From: Gnetum montanum
Lineage: Eukaryota > Plantae > Gnetophyta
Assembly: GCA_015680685.1 (NCBI GenBank)
Contig: MNCI01002498.1
Location: 248,001-312,000, forward strand
Direction of reading: 5' to 3'
DNA: 64,000 nucleotides
The notes under the pieces are model-generated. The model saw only the letters and a list, made by a program, of their open reading frames with translations, searched no databases and was not told where the DNA came from. A program made the translations under genes and the position numbers. This document shows, piece by piece, positions 27,590 to 40,356 of this stretch (position 1 is the stretch's first letter; each line of letters opens with the position of its first letter).

Positions 27590-30290
27590 ACTCTATCAAT
27601 GTTGGATTTTGACCCCTTGAACACTAATGCATCCACACTAGGTAGCATGGATGCATGCTTCCCACCTTCTAGAATCATTAAAACCTAACTCCCTTGCTAG
27701 TTTTGGCAACTATGACCTACCTCATCCTACCCTAGGCTTGAAAAGGGGGTTAAATCTTGTCAAAACTTGACATTTTGGGCTTCCACATTGAGGCAACACT
27801 GCCTTATGTGGAGCAAAGTGGGTAACATCTATTCTTACCCCATAGTGCCCATTTAACCTAGATCTAATCCCCAAAGTGGGTGCAGATGACCTATAACCCC
27901 TCCAGTCATCCTTGGTAGTCCCAAAACCTCACAAAATCTAGTTTAAAGTGTTTGAAAGCTAAGGATTTGGTGATTCAACATTGGGGATTATCTTTTCCAT
28001 GTTGGGTAGCATGGATCTAGTGTGGATGGGTGGGGAATGGCTAAAACTACCAAAATTGATCACCTAGTAGCCATTTTAAGCCCTAACACTCCTTGACAAT
28101 CTCTAGTAGCCCTGTTTTACCTTAAAATAAGTTAATTTTATACCCATAGCTTGCTCCATGCTATTGAACCCTCCCTCCATGTTGCCTAGCATGGAACTAG
28201 TGTGGAAGCCCAGGAGGCATGTATTAAAACCTAATTTAGAACAAAAAAAAAAAATACCCTAATAACCTACCCTAGTAACCTCTAGACCTTGTTGGAACCA
28301 TTTGGAGCCTCTAAGTACCTTAATATTGATTAAAAATGACATGAAACTATCATTCCCCTCTCACCCATGTTGAGGCCACCATGCCTAGCATGCAAGAAGG
28401 GGGTTGATTGCATGAGGTACATATGAGTATCCAAATTGTTAGATTTCATCATCAAATCTCAAAAATTGATACTTGTAACCTCAAAGGTTGACATGCATAG
28501 TTGATTTACTATTGAAAGAGCCTAGATCTAACACTTTTTGTTGTTTCATGTTGGGGAAGATCTCATCCATACTAGCCAATGTCTATATAGCTAGGAAGAT
28601 TCATGAGGGATCATAGATACACCTAAACAATGATAAATTCCATTTTACTTAGAAAAAAAGCTTGTTAGCGCTTCAAAAACCTACCAAACTTCCAAAAATC
28701 AATGAAAATGAACCCTTTAAGGATTCTCCACACTAGGGATGGCCCTATCCATGCTAGGTATCCTATCCTTAACGTGGATGGAAGGGGTTGAAGCCAAAAC
28801 TTGTGAAATTTTCATGAAAATTAACTATTGGCAACAACCCAACCCTTCCAGAAGCCAACAGCCTTCTAGAAGTTAATCAAAATAACCCAAAATTGCCCCC
28901 CTTTAATTCTCCATGATAGGGAGGATCCTATCCACATTGAGCATGGTATCCCCAACATGAATGGATAGGGGTAAGCCTAATAAACCATCTTACAACCATC
29001 AAAGTTACTAGATCTTGACCCTAGCCTTCAACCATGAATACAAGTAACCCTAGAAATGCACATGCATGACTAAAAGTGATAAAAATGGTAAACACTAGGA
29101 TCCCTTAGTTCTTCCATGTTGGAAACCACCTCTTCCATGCTAGCCAACATGGATCTAGTGTGGATACTAAGGGTTACTCAGAAATAACCCATAGACATCT
29201 CAAACTAACATCAAATAGCCTTGTATGCACCCTAGGACCTTCTTTATACCTCACAGATCCCTCAAACTCTTTGAAATTGATCACAAATAGCCAAAAGCTA
29301 TGCCTCTAGGATCTTCCTAGCTAGATCCACATTAAGCATGGTGGCCCTAATGTGGAAAAAAAGGGTAACATCAAAAACCACTCAAGAACACTCAAAACTA
29401 TGAAATTTTAACCTTAAACCATAGCCCATGACCTTGGTAACTCTGAGAGCTAACATGCATGGTCGATTGTGGTCAAAACTAGCTTGGATCTAAGATTTAT
29501 GATCCATCCATGCTCATAAAGGCCTCTTCCATGCTAGGCATCATGGAACTATCTTGGAAGAGCTATATTTCCACCTTTGGCAGTAGATTGAAACTCCTAG
29601 AGACCAAAGACCTACATCAGAGAAGCCTAAGACTTGATAGCCTCAAGTTGATGCTATTGGACTTTGTTTTGACTCCTAAGTCTCATCAACTACCATCTTT
29701 CATGCTAGAACAACTCACCTAGTGTAGATCAAGGGGGATGTAACCTTACGTAGCCTCAAATGACCTTCAAACATGACCAAAAATTAGTCAAAAGCTTGGG
29801 AAATCATGATCTATAGTCCTAGAGGTCCTGAAAGATGGTTGATGTGCTTTTGGAAAATCCAAAAATTAAATAATAATGACACCCCCATTCCTCCACACTA
29901 GGGCCACCATGCTTAGCATGGAAGAAAAAGGGGGAAGCTATCCCAACTTGCTTTGGTTCTTAAAACCCTTTAAAATGGCCTCAAAACATAGCTAGAGGTT
30001 GCACAACTACTAGATCTTGGTTCCAAATTCCCATGAAACCCTTTTTAACCTTGCTTTAGTATCTTTTTAGATTACCCACATTGATCCCCCTTCCATCCAC
30101 ACTAGCCAACATGGAAACAAGGGGATGAAGCTTCAAAGCCTACGTTTTAGCCTCCAAAGTGACCAAATTGACATATTTGTCCCTGCACTACCTTGGGAAG
30201 GCCATGGAACTTGAATTTTAACCCTCTTGATTCCATGCAACACACTTTCCTTGGCTTCCATGCTAGCTCCAACATGGAAGCATTAAAACC
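27590..30290. repeat. Degenerate ~187-bp-period array of TCCAC/TGCTAG...AGCATGGA motif clusters
   Basis: About 15 clusters at ~27632, 27782, 27996, 28160, 28365, 28547, 28727, 28910, 29113, 29325, 29507, 29700, 29892, 30090, 30255, separated by A-tract-rich linkers. Confidence 0.8.
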
Positions 30291-30649
30291 TTTACTTTTT
30301 TAGTTGAAATAGCCCATAAATAACCTCTATTGATGCCCAAACTTATTCAATAGCCTTGTATCTTTAAAATATTACTTGATACGACCTTAAAATAGCAAAA
30401 TTTAATCCTTTTTTACCATATTTTGACCAAAATTCACTATATATATTCCACTTTGCCTTATTTCAACCTTGTTTTACCATATCATGACATGTTTTCATCA
30501 TTGTTGCTTGTTGACCTTGTTTAGCTTGAATACTACCTTTATTTAAATGTGTTTGTCTTCATTATAGCCTTGTTCAGTCTTGTTTAGCCTTTGATTGGTA
30601 TTGAATGGTGGGGTTATACCTTCCTTGACCACCATTTGGCACCATGTGA

Positions 30650-30740
30650 CCATGGGCCGCTAAGACCTTAAACTGGCATCATAGTCTGCTAAGACTCTAA
30701 ACTAGCATCATGACTTGTTAAGGCCTTAAAGTAGTAATCT
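30650..30740 (+). repeat. 29-bp tandem repeat x3
   Basis: CATGGGCCGCTAAGACCTTAAACTGGCAT / CATAGTCTGCTAAGACTCTAAACTAGCAT / CATGACTTGTTAAGGCCTTAAAGTAGTAA. Confidence 0.75.
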
Positions 30741-31048
30741 TGTGACCTTGTTTCCATTACATCTATCTATCGCTACCTTTTTTATACCTTTATATAACCC
30801 CATATGCATTTTTTCTGATATTAGAGTAGCATATTTTGCATAATTTCATAGACTTTTAGCATTATTTACTCATGTTTACTAAGGTGCCATCTAATGTACC
30901 TATGGTTGACATGCACAACCAAAGTATGAGTATCTAGGAGTAGATCAGTTTAGCTTTGACCCTAAGTGGGCCTCATGGTAATTTTTAATGGTGTAGCAAT
31001 CTTAATTAGCTAGATCTTAAGTTTTAGGATCTTGTTAATTGCATAGCC

Positions 31049-31775
31049 TTGATAGAGAAACCTCTAGAATGGCCTAAAAACCTAGTCAAAACCCTTGACT
31101 TAGAGGTGTGTGACATAACTGAAGACTCTCTAGCTGAGATTCCTATCATGATGCATAGTGCTAAGGAAAAAATGCTAAAACTAAGTTCCTCACTTAAACC
31201 TCAACAGGCTCAAAACATCACCAAGGTCCTAAAAGATAATATTGAGGCTTTTTCTTGGTCATATGAAGATATGCTAGACCTAGACTTATGCCTAGTACAA
31301 CACAACATCATACTAGATTGTAGAATTAGACTAGTTAAGCAAAAGGTGCACAAAATTAGACCTAATTTGGCCTTGGTTGTTCATGACAAAATCACAACAC
31401 CCTACGAAGATGGTTTCATTAGGATTGTCAACTACATAGAATGGGTGTCCAACATAGTGGTAGTCCCTAGGAAAAATGGAAGTGTCCATATTTGCATCAA
31501 TTTGTAAGACCTAAATAAGGCAACCATCAAGGATGACTTTCCTTGCCTAGTATTGATCAACTTGCTCATACTATGACTATACATGCCTTATTGTTCTTTA
31601 TGGATGGGTTATCATAATATAATGAGATTAGGATCAACCTAGAACATCATCTTAGCATGAACTTCATGTTCCCTTAGGGTATCTTTTGCTATACTATGAT
31701 GAACTTTGGCCTTAGGAATGCAGGAGCAACTTACCAATGAGCCATGTCCTATATCTTCAATGACTACATGCTAGG
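31049..31775 (+). pseudogene. Reverse transcriptase, N-terminal half (inner Tat element)
   Basis: AFSWSYEDM, EWVSNIVVVPRKNGSVHICIN, FGLRNAGATYQ. Confidence 0.92.
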
Positions 31776-32546
31776 TGATGAGTGGTAAGGTACCCCTACA
31801 CTCAACCATACGAATACAACCATTACATATGCAATCTAGTCAAACTCCGTAAACATACTAGTTGTGGCATCTAGATAGTTAGCCTTAGGTCACAGTTCGT
31901 TGTCTTCCCATATGGACTAGCATTATCTTTGTCACATATGATTTAGTCCAGAGTGAGGTGTATGATGTGGTTCCTAATCTAACGTTACTCCTAAAGGCAA
32001 TGGAAAATAAGATTAACTAAGCTAGGAGGAAAGGGTAAGAGTGAATCTAAACTAGCATAAGTGCAAAGAGCATTTGTTCCTTGATTATCCGTACACATCT
32101 TGGACTTCATGCATGACTACTACTGGGATTACCAAGTGCAGATCCTAGGTATGCTACTGGGTTACCAAGTAGTCACACTTAAATGCACGTAATCAAGTTG
32201 TACTCATTCAGCATTTAATAGGAGTTTAAGGGTGAGAGAGATATTAACTAGGAAAGCAGTAAATGATAATTAATTAAATGATTAATTAAACTAAGTGAAT
32301 GATGCAACGATGAAGTAATCTCAATCTTTATTTTTGGTCATGTACATGTCCAAGTATGTCGCACTTGAATAAAGGATGATGTACAATTACAATCACCACA
32401 CTGCGGGCATACATGGAGAGGAAAAGGGTTGAGAGAGAGAAAATGAAAACTAAAATCAAAACTAACTCTAAAACTTCCCTATTTCTTAACTGATTTTTCT
32501 ACCTCTAGGCATGCAATATCGTGGTTGCCCAAATGACAACTCATCA
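31776..32546 (-). repeat. 3' LTR of Athila-like element
   Basis: Aligns to 39534-40356 with a ~52-bp deletion. PPT GGGGGTA adjacent at 32547-32553 (minus strand). Confidence 0.93.
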
Positions 32547-32719
32547 TACCCCCACGACTGAATGAAAACTCGTTCTTGAGTTACAGTGATTACATAGTGG
32601 ATAGGTATGGGATTATTGATCATTGAAAAGTGGGGTTATTCCGCAATGTGGAATGAAAAAAAAATTGGGACACAACACAAAGAATGTGTTAAACTATAAA
32701 ATTGTGGAACTCATGTAGT

Positions 32720-35480
32720 TCCTGGTGGCGGTGGCTCCTCCATTGGTGCTTTCCCTTTGTCCTGCACTCCAGGTTTTGAGACTTGATGGCGTTAGAGTAT
32801 GGCTTGGAGCTTCTCCTCTTCTATCTAGGGATCTTATGTTGTCCATGCTAATTTTTCAATCTTTTACAGAGTCAGCACCTCCCATGGGGAGGGTAGTTGC
32901 AGAAACATTTGATTGGCCTTGATGTACTAGGACACAAATACCCGTCGTTCCTCTTCATAGGCTCTGGCTTTATCTTTGTATTCCTGAAAATCTGCAAGTC
33001 ATCGAGCCAAGTATGTTGTGGCACCTTTCTGTCCTTGATAGCTAGCTTTCACCACCTCAAGTTCAAAATTTGTGATCTCCAGTTTCTCCAACAACTTCTT
33101 ACATTTCGCAAATTCTGCTTCACATTTGATGTGGCTGGTAGCTACCTGTTGCTTGAGCTCTATCCTTGGTCACCCTGCTATTAACATGGTAAGGTTGGCA
33201 TACCGTAGGATTGCCAACTCCATGTATTCAGTAAGATCTTGGATCTGCAGGTCCCGGCTTTTAACTTCCACTTGGTGGATGAAGGCATATGTGTCCAATA
33301 TGGCCCGCTAGTCAATGTGTTGGGCACTGATAGCATTGATATGGACCTTGGCCATATGGATCTCCTTCTATAGCATCTATTTGTACATCCCCACTTGACC
33401 TTAGAAGTGCTCCTTTAGCTTTTCATGCCATTTAGCCTCATTTTGCCATGTGCTTATCTCGATAGTTGACTTTTGACGAATGGCGCACACCTCCTCCATT
33501 GAGAGGGTTTGATTTTCCTTGGCTAAATGGTTCACATCTTGGTTAACCTAGATGAATTTTTCTTGCAATTGATGGAAGTTTTCCTCAAGAACATTCTTTT
33601 TCTTTTCAATGGTGGTCAACCAAAGGTTGTCGGCAACGAGCTTCTTATTCTCCTCTTGTAGGGCCTTGAGTGCCTTAAGATGCGCATGAGTTTATGCCTG
33701 TGTTACGGAGGCATCCCAAACAACCTTCTCTTTTTCATCAGCCACCTTTTTATTCTTTGTTATTATCTTGGTTAGTTGCTCAGTTTTGAAGCTATCTAAC
33801 TAGTCTGCGGGAACAAATTGCAAAGGGTCCTACTATGCTGCTTGCAAGGCCACGAGCTATTCTTGTAATTTCTGCACCTCTGCTTCAGCATGCTCGACCC
33901 TCACTTCTATTAAGACCAGCTTCCCCTTCATGGAAATGAGGTCTGATTGAATTGTCGTAACATCTTGAGGGATGTCAAATAGGGACATCATAACTTGCCC
34001 TATTTGTAGCAATCGATCAAGCACATCCTCATGTTCTGCAGGAGTCATTAAGGTTCTAGCCAAAGTTTGAGCATCCCGTGCTCCTGTGAGATCTGTCAGT
34101 GGTACAACAAGTACATTAAATGATCCTTTGATGTGGTCTATGACCACTTTTGTGGCTCCTATTGCATTTTGGTGTTGCATGACCACCACCATGGCCCCTT
34201 CACCAGTTTCTAGTTGCACTTGGAAAGATGCAGTGTTTCCCAAGATCTATTGTGACCATGTACTTTCCCCTTCTCCTGTGTGAATAGACACTTCATCCCT
34301 TGTGTGATCTAAAGAAACTATGGGTTGAATGACATTGTCAATGACGCAGAAGAGATTTGCATCATCATGACTTCCCCAACTGACCATCTTAATGATGGCC
34401 TTAAGATGGCTCATCGACAGTCTATAGTCTTGCGGTGGTGGTGGTTGGTCTTAGCCTATGCTGGGCCCTGCTTCCTATTATTGGCTAGGACCTGTACTTG
34501 GAGGTTGGTTGGGTCCTTCAAGTTGAGTTGCAATTGGTCCAACCATCTGTTCTTCTTCTTGTTTTGGTCACAACTTGTTGCTAGTGCTTTTTCTTAGAGC
34601 TAGCAACTTTAGCAATTCAGCATATGAAGCATTCTGGGATTTTTGGAGGACATCATTAGTGTATCCTCTGATCCCAGCATGTTGGCATAGCTTCCTGATA
34701 AGACAAGGAAAAGGCAATGCCATTTTCCCTATCTTTTGTTCATCAAACCACCTTAGGATCTCCGTACAGTATAGATGAGGCAGGTTAGCATCAACCTTTC
34801 CCATCAGCACTACACATCCTCTTGCCACATACATTGATATTCTTTTCAAGCCCTTCATGGGAAAGAGGTGATACGTTCCAATCTTGAAGTAAATCATCTC
34901 TTCTGTCATCAATTCTTCAAATGTTTTCTCCTTGCCATACGCCCTTTCTAACCAAACCCACAGCACATCGGGGTCTAAATGGGTGGATAACTGAGTAACT
35001 TTTGGCCCTATATTTGAAAGGTTTAATACTTCTGAAATGGCCTACACAGAGAAATCAATTGTTACACCACAAATGTTAACTGTGGTTCCTTGTTCTCTAT
35101 TTTGCCAAAATTGGTACGTTTCTCCCAGTTACCAGGAACCACTATTAGAGAGGATAGGCCAAAAGGGAGGCCCTTTTAGGTGATCCCTAATAGCCTCAGG
35201 AGCAAACTCTATGAAAGACTCAAAGTTTAACTCCACAATCACCTCAGCAAATGTGCACTTTTTGTGGATGGCCTAAACACAATCTTGGGGCAACGTGAGA
35301 TGTTGTTCCTATTCAAGCGCTGTAGCAGCTCCTCCTTTTGCCTACCTAGACTATACAGTAGGATGATTCTCTTGATGAATGCTGAATGATTATTCCTCTT
35401 TTTTTGTATGTTGTCTGACAGGATCTTGTCTTCTACCTCTCCTAGGTCATTTGCTCCCACCTTGAGCAGGACCTTCCTGT
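32720..35480 (-). pseudogene. Athila env-like accessory ORF with long coiled-coil C-terminal extension
   Basis: LPFPCLIRKLCQHAGI matches the Athila env-like LPFPxLITxLCxxAGV motif. Downstream frames (e.g. 33857-34243) are coiled-coil-like. Confidence 0.7.
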
Positions 35481-37399
35481 TGTCCACGTTTCGGGGCCAT
35501 TTACAATCACACAGGGCCAAGCGTTAGTAAGGTTGTTTTTGAAATTAAGTTATACCTTACGGCTTACCTTAATTAATTAATTTGTTTAATCTCCATATGA
35601 TATTACTTGAAAGATTGTAATAATGAGTCTGTTTTACTTAGGTGGTTCCTAATTTTAATTTCCTGGTGTACCTAAAGGAATTAAATGATTTTTTTGGCAC
35701 ATTTCATTCTAAGTGTTATAGCTAATTACCCTAGATAATGTCCTTTTGGAGATGATAAATTCCAAAACAATTAGGTGCTTTTCGGCAAGTGTCCCTCCCC
35801 CATAACTAAGCTAAACACTCCAGGTTCAAGCATGTTTAGATGGAATTAAAATCGGAGTACTAGCGAGCGAGATAGAGGTTGAAAAGAAAAGGTGTCACAC
35901 TAGCAAGTCATAGAGAAGAATTTGAAAAAATCCCCCGTGTGAAAGACAAGAAATGATGCTAAGTGTTGCAGGGGGGGGGGGGGGGGGGGGGTGGTGCACA
36001 GTTGTCTATTTATAGGTTTGGAGCCACACAATATTGTGCAAGAGATATTGTGGCCCAAGTGATGGTTTCCCAACAATAAAAATGCCAAATTTTGAAGGTT
36101 TACAGGAATTGAACGTTGTAAACTAAGGACATTGAGCTATGGTTAAGAGATTTGAGGGTAATTGAGCTTGTTGTGAAGGCACGAATGATGATGAGTGAGT
36201 GTAATTGATCCATAAAACCTCGGTTGGTACGAAAAAGGTTATGTGATGGTACATAGGAACATTGGATCTGAGGGATACTAATAAGGGAAAGAAAATCATT
36301 GGAAATTATGCAGAGGGTAATAAATAGTGTGTGTCAACTATGTTATAAGTGAGAATTACAAAAAATTACACAAGTGGATCCTCCCCAAAGTAGGTTCCAA
36401 CCTATATTGCCCTTGTGTAACCACACTTAAAAGTGTCCTTGGGCATTGAAAGGGTTAAATGTAATCCACACTAATTCCACAAAACACACACATGTAAATA
36501 TCACTAGAATGAGATAGGAATTCGATGCTACACGAGACACAAGTTACAATTACCTGAACAATGAGATGAGATGGGTTAGAGAAGGGATTGTAGAGATTGG
36601 GACATGAGGTAACCAGCCTAGGACATAGTGAATCCTGCATGAAAAGCATGATTAATGTGTCATTAACCCATCATTCCAAGATCAGGACCAAGTCCATTCC
36701 TCTAATCAGTGACACCACATTGTTTCATCCCATGATGAGCGACTATGAGGGTACCAAACCAACAAGGCATACGATCACTTGGTGTTTTGTTCAAGGGAGG
36801 AGTGACTTTTGTTTTGTGGCACCCTTTTTTTTTTTGAAATGAATGAATCCAGAGAAGTCACCAACCTTCATGCATGGGTGCATGTCTTTCCAGTGGAACC
36901 CCCTAGAACACCATTGAATGTTTGAGTGCCCTTTTGATTACTCTTACTCCCATTTTTCGTTAGATCTACAAGGATCTTAGTACAACCACGTTGCATGATA
37001 ACCCTCACAGAAGTCACCAAAGAGAATCCACAAGTCCCCTTGATGTCACACCCTAATCATTCCCTCTTGGTCCATCCTTCTTCATTCTGAGTACAATGAA
37101 CAACAAATTAATTTTAAGTTTTAAGAATGTCAATAATATCACTATACCCTTGAATCGAACCTCTTATTTGTAGAATGGATGAGTGGGTGTAATGGGCTCA
37201 CTGTCCAAATAATTGACCAATCGAGACTCAGTAACATAGAACACACCTCAACCAACGAGCCACATGAGTGTTTTATTCGTAGATGAGATTACTTACAAAA
37301 AGATAAAAATACCAAAAAGACAAAAAAATAAAAGAAGTTGAAAAATGAAAAACTGGAAAACAAAAAATTGTAAAATTAAAGAAAATAAAAAATGGTTAT

Positions 37400-39400
37400 T
37401 AATCCTGCTTATTATTAGAATGGGGGATATCCCCCATAACTAATCGGTTGAGCATGGCAAGGATTAACAAATGGACGATGAGGATCTTTGCATGTTGGAA
37501 ATATTGGAACTTGGTCATATTTACCCCATTTGGATTCACACACCTGATTATAATAAGCATAGTGGGGAAACTTATATGATGTAGTTCCCGAATAACGAGT
37601 TGATCCACTATGATATTTAGGACCATTAGATGGTATGAAAGGATCAGAATGTTGCCTTCCATGACTGTGTTAATTGGGTCATATGGTTGTTGAAGCATTA
37701 GTTGGTGGCCCTGATGAAGTAACATGAGGCGTTGGATTCGAAGATAAGGGTGCACCATAGTGTTGGGCTTGTGCTATGTCAGAGGATGCAATGGCCTTGG
37801 AATTGTGTTATCCCTTCCTATGGTCATGTTTAAAGAAGGGATGCTTTTGATGTTGCTGAGGTCTCTCATTGTTGTTGGTAGTAGTAGCACAAGTAACGTT
37901 CGTGGGTTGTTGTTGTGGTGCAGGTACCTTAGGAAAAATTGGTGGTAATGTAGAAGGAGGGAAAGGATGAGAATGTTGAAAATTAGGAGAAGTGTAAGGT
38001 GCACAAGGTGGTGGTTGTGTTGAGGGCATGGGCTGATAGTATTGTGGATAATAGTAATGTGATGTGATAGAGTATGGTGGCCTAGTTGGAGAAACAAGAT
38101 GTTGAACTTGATAAGCATTTGGATTCGGATAATATGAAGGGTGTCTCTAGTGTAGGGATAGTTTCCCCCACGACTGGGATTGTTGCCACTGTGATCAAAC
38201 ACAGTATCTTTGTACGAACTTTGGATGTAGCGTGTTTTCCCAATGCTCATATAAATGTAACAAGATTGGGCATTGACCCTTGGGGTGATCGTACAGGAAA
38301 ATGTTGCATTCATAAGTATGATTAGCAGTTGAGCTCTTATTTCCTTTGTTCCTTCTTTTCAAATGTCTAATGGTATTTTGTACTGCTTCTTGGGTTGTCA
38401 AAACTCTATCTCCAATAGTATTGATACATTCTCCACACTTTTTATACATCCATTCCAACATCTTATTGATCTTTGCCTCGACTTCTACTAGTGATTGTTG
38501 TATCGACAAAGATGGTTCTTTCTCCTTGTGATAGGTTGATTTCTCCTTTTTATGATCATGGACCTTTGTTGAGTTGAGATTTTGGTCCTGTTGATGTTTT
38601 TCAACACTCTCCCATCTATCCATTTCTCCTTCTTCTTTTTCTACTTACTTAATAAGCTCTTGGACTTGATGGGTTTGTAGTTCGTATAGTTTACCTTGGG
38701 CATACATCCCTAGGGTTTCTCTTGTTGCATCACGAAGTCCATCAATGATATGGTACCTTAGCCTTTCCTTGGAGAACTCATGGCCTGGACAATTGTTTAA
38801 AAGTGCATAATATCTTTCTAAGGCCATGTCCAAGGGTTCATGTTGTGCTTTTTTCCACCCTTGGATTTGTTTCCTGAAGGCTGACACTCTTGCGTAGGTT
38901 TGATATCTTTCGTTAAAGAGTTCTACCATTGTTGGCCAACATCGTATTGAATTTGGTCTTAACGATCTATACCATACTTTTGCTTGGCCAACGAGTGTCA
39001 TAGGAAAGAGCTTAAGTTTTTGCCAACTATTATCAATGTTGTTCCAAGTGCAAGCATCGTAGAAGGCCTGTAAATCTTGATGTGGATCTAAGTCATAGCC
39101 TCCTGAAAAAGTAGGGAAGCTTTTTAAATCAAGCCTGGGTAGATGGCTCTCCTTATGATGCCTACGGGAGATTTGAATAGCCTTTTGTATTTGCGTTAAG
39201 CTTCTAGTGGCTAGTAGGGGTTAATCATCATCGGGTAAGTTATTCTTTCATGCGTTGGGATGATGTTGCTTTTGTTTATATTTATAAGAAACCCCCACCT
39301 CAGGTTGCATACTCCAATCTTCATTGTCATATAATTCGTTGGTTCTTCAATGAACTTCCTCACTAAGTATGCCATTATTGTACTCTTGTAGGATAGGCAT
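37400..39400 (-). pseudogene. Athila gag with Pro/Gln-rich tail
   Basis: AKVWYRSLRPNSIRCW...ERYYALLNNCPGHEFS...DGL is a retrotrans gag domain of Athila type. Confidence 0.88.
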
Positions 39401-39514
39401 GGTTGTGTGTGAATTTATGTGTGACTTCTTATAATTATCTCTTGTTGAAAGATGTATTGTTAATCTCTATACAATGACCTTGTATGATATCACTAATCTA
39501 GATAACTAGCACTG

Positions 39515-39532
39515 TCCTTGGCAATGGAGTCA
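39515..39532 (-). promoter_or_regulatory. Degenerate tRNA-Asp PBS
   Basis: TGACTCCATTGCCAAGGA versus Athila consensus TGGCGCCGTTGCCGGGGA, differences mostly G>A. Confidence 0.75.
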
Positions 39533-39533
39533 A

Positions 39534-40356
39534 TGATGAGTGGCGAGGTACCCCTACACTCAACCATATGAATACGAGCGTTACACGCACGATCTAGTTG
39601 AACTCCGTAGATGGACTAGTTGTGGCATCTAAATAGTTAGCCTTAGGTCGTAGTTTGCTGTCTTCCCATCTAGACTAGTATTATCTTTGTCACGTATGGT
39701 CTAGTCCAGAGTGAGGTGTATGATATGGTTCCTAATCTAACGCTACTCCTGAAGGCAATGGAAAATAATATTAACTAAGCTAGGAGGAAAGGGTAAGAGA
39801 GAATCTAAACTAGCCTAAGTGCCATGAGCATCCATTCCTTGATTATCTATACACATATTGGACTTCATGCATGACTACTACTGGGATTACCAAGTGTAGA
39901 TCCTAGGTACGCTACTGGGTTACCAAGTAGTCACACTTAAATGCTTGTAATAAAGTCATACCCATTCAGCGTTTAATAGGAGTTTAAGGGTGAGAGAGAT
40001 ATTAACTAGGAAAGTAGTAAATGATAATTAATTAAATGATTAATTAAACTAAGTGAATGCTGCAATGATGAAGTAATCTCAATCTTTATTTTTAGTCATG
40101 TGCGTGTCCAAGTATGTCACACTCAAATAAAGAATGCCGTACAATTACAATCACCACACTGCGGGCATACATGGAGAGGAAAAGGGTTGAGAGAGAGAAA
40201 ATGAAAAATAAAACCAAAAGTAACTCTAAAATTTCCCTATTGCTTAACTGATCTATCTACCTCTTATTTATAGATGAGGAGACAGTTTGCGATATCGTGT
40301 ATGCAATATCATGGCTGGGCATGTGATATCGTGGTCGTCCAAATGACGACTCATCA
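39534..40356 (-). repeat. 5' LTR of Athila-like element
   Basis: TG...CA with 8-bp inverted termini. CTATAAATA on the minus strand at ~40265-40273. Confidence 0.93.

Larger units (their letters stand above)
31776..40356 (-). mobile_element. Non-autonomous Athila-like Gypsy element (gag + env-like ORF, no pol)
   Basis: TGATGAGT...ACTCATCA termini, perfect TSD CTAGG (31771-31775 and 40357-40361), tRNA-Asp-like PBS, Athila-type gag and env-like motifs. Confidence 0.92.

Noticed and set aside
27590-30290. CRISPR-like repeat-spacer array
   Set aside because: Repeats are highly degenerate, spacers are ~150 bp, there are no cas genes, and the context is a eukaryotic TE.
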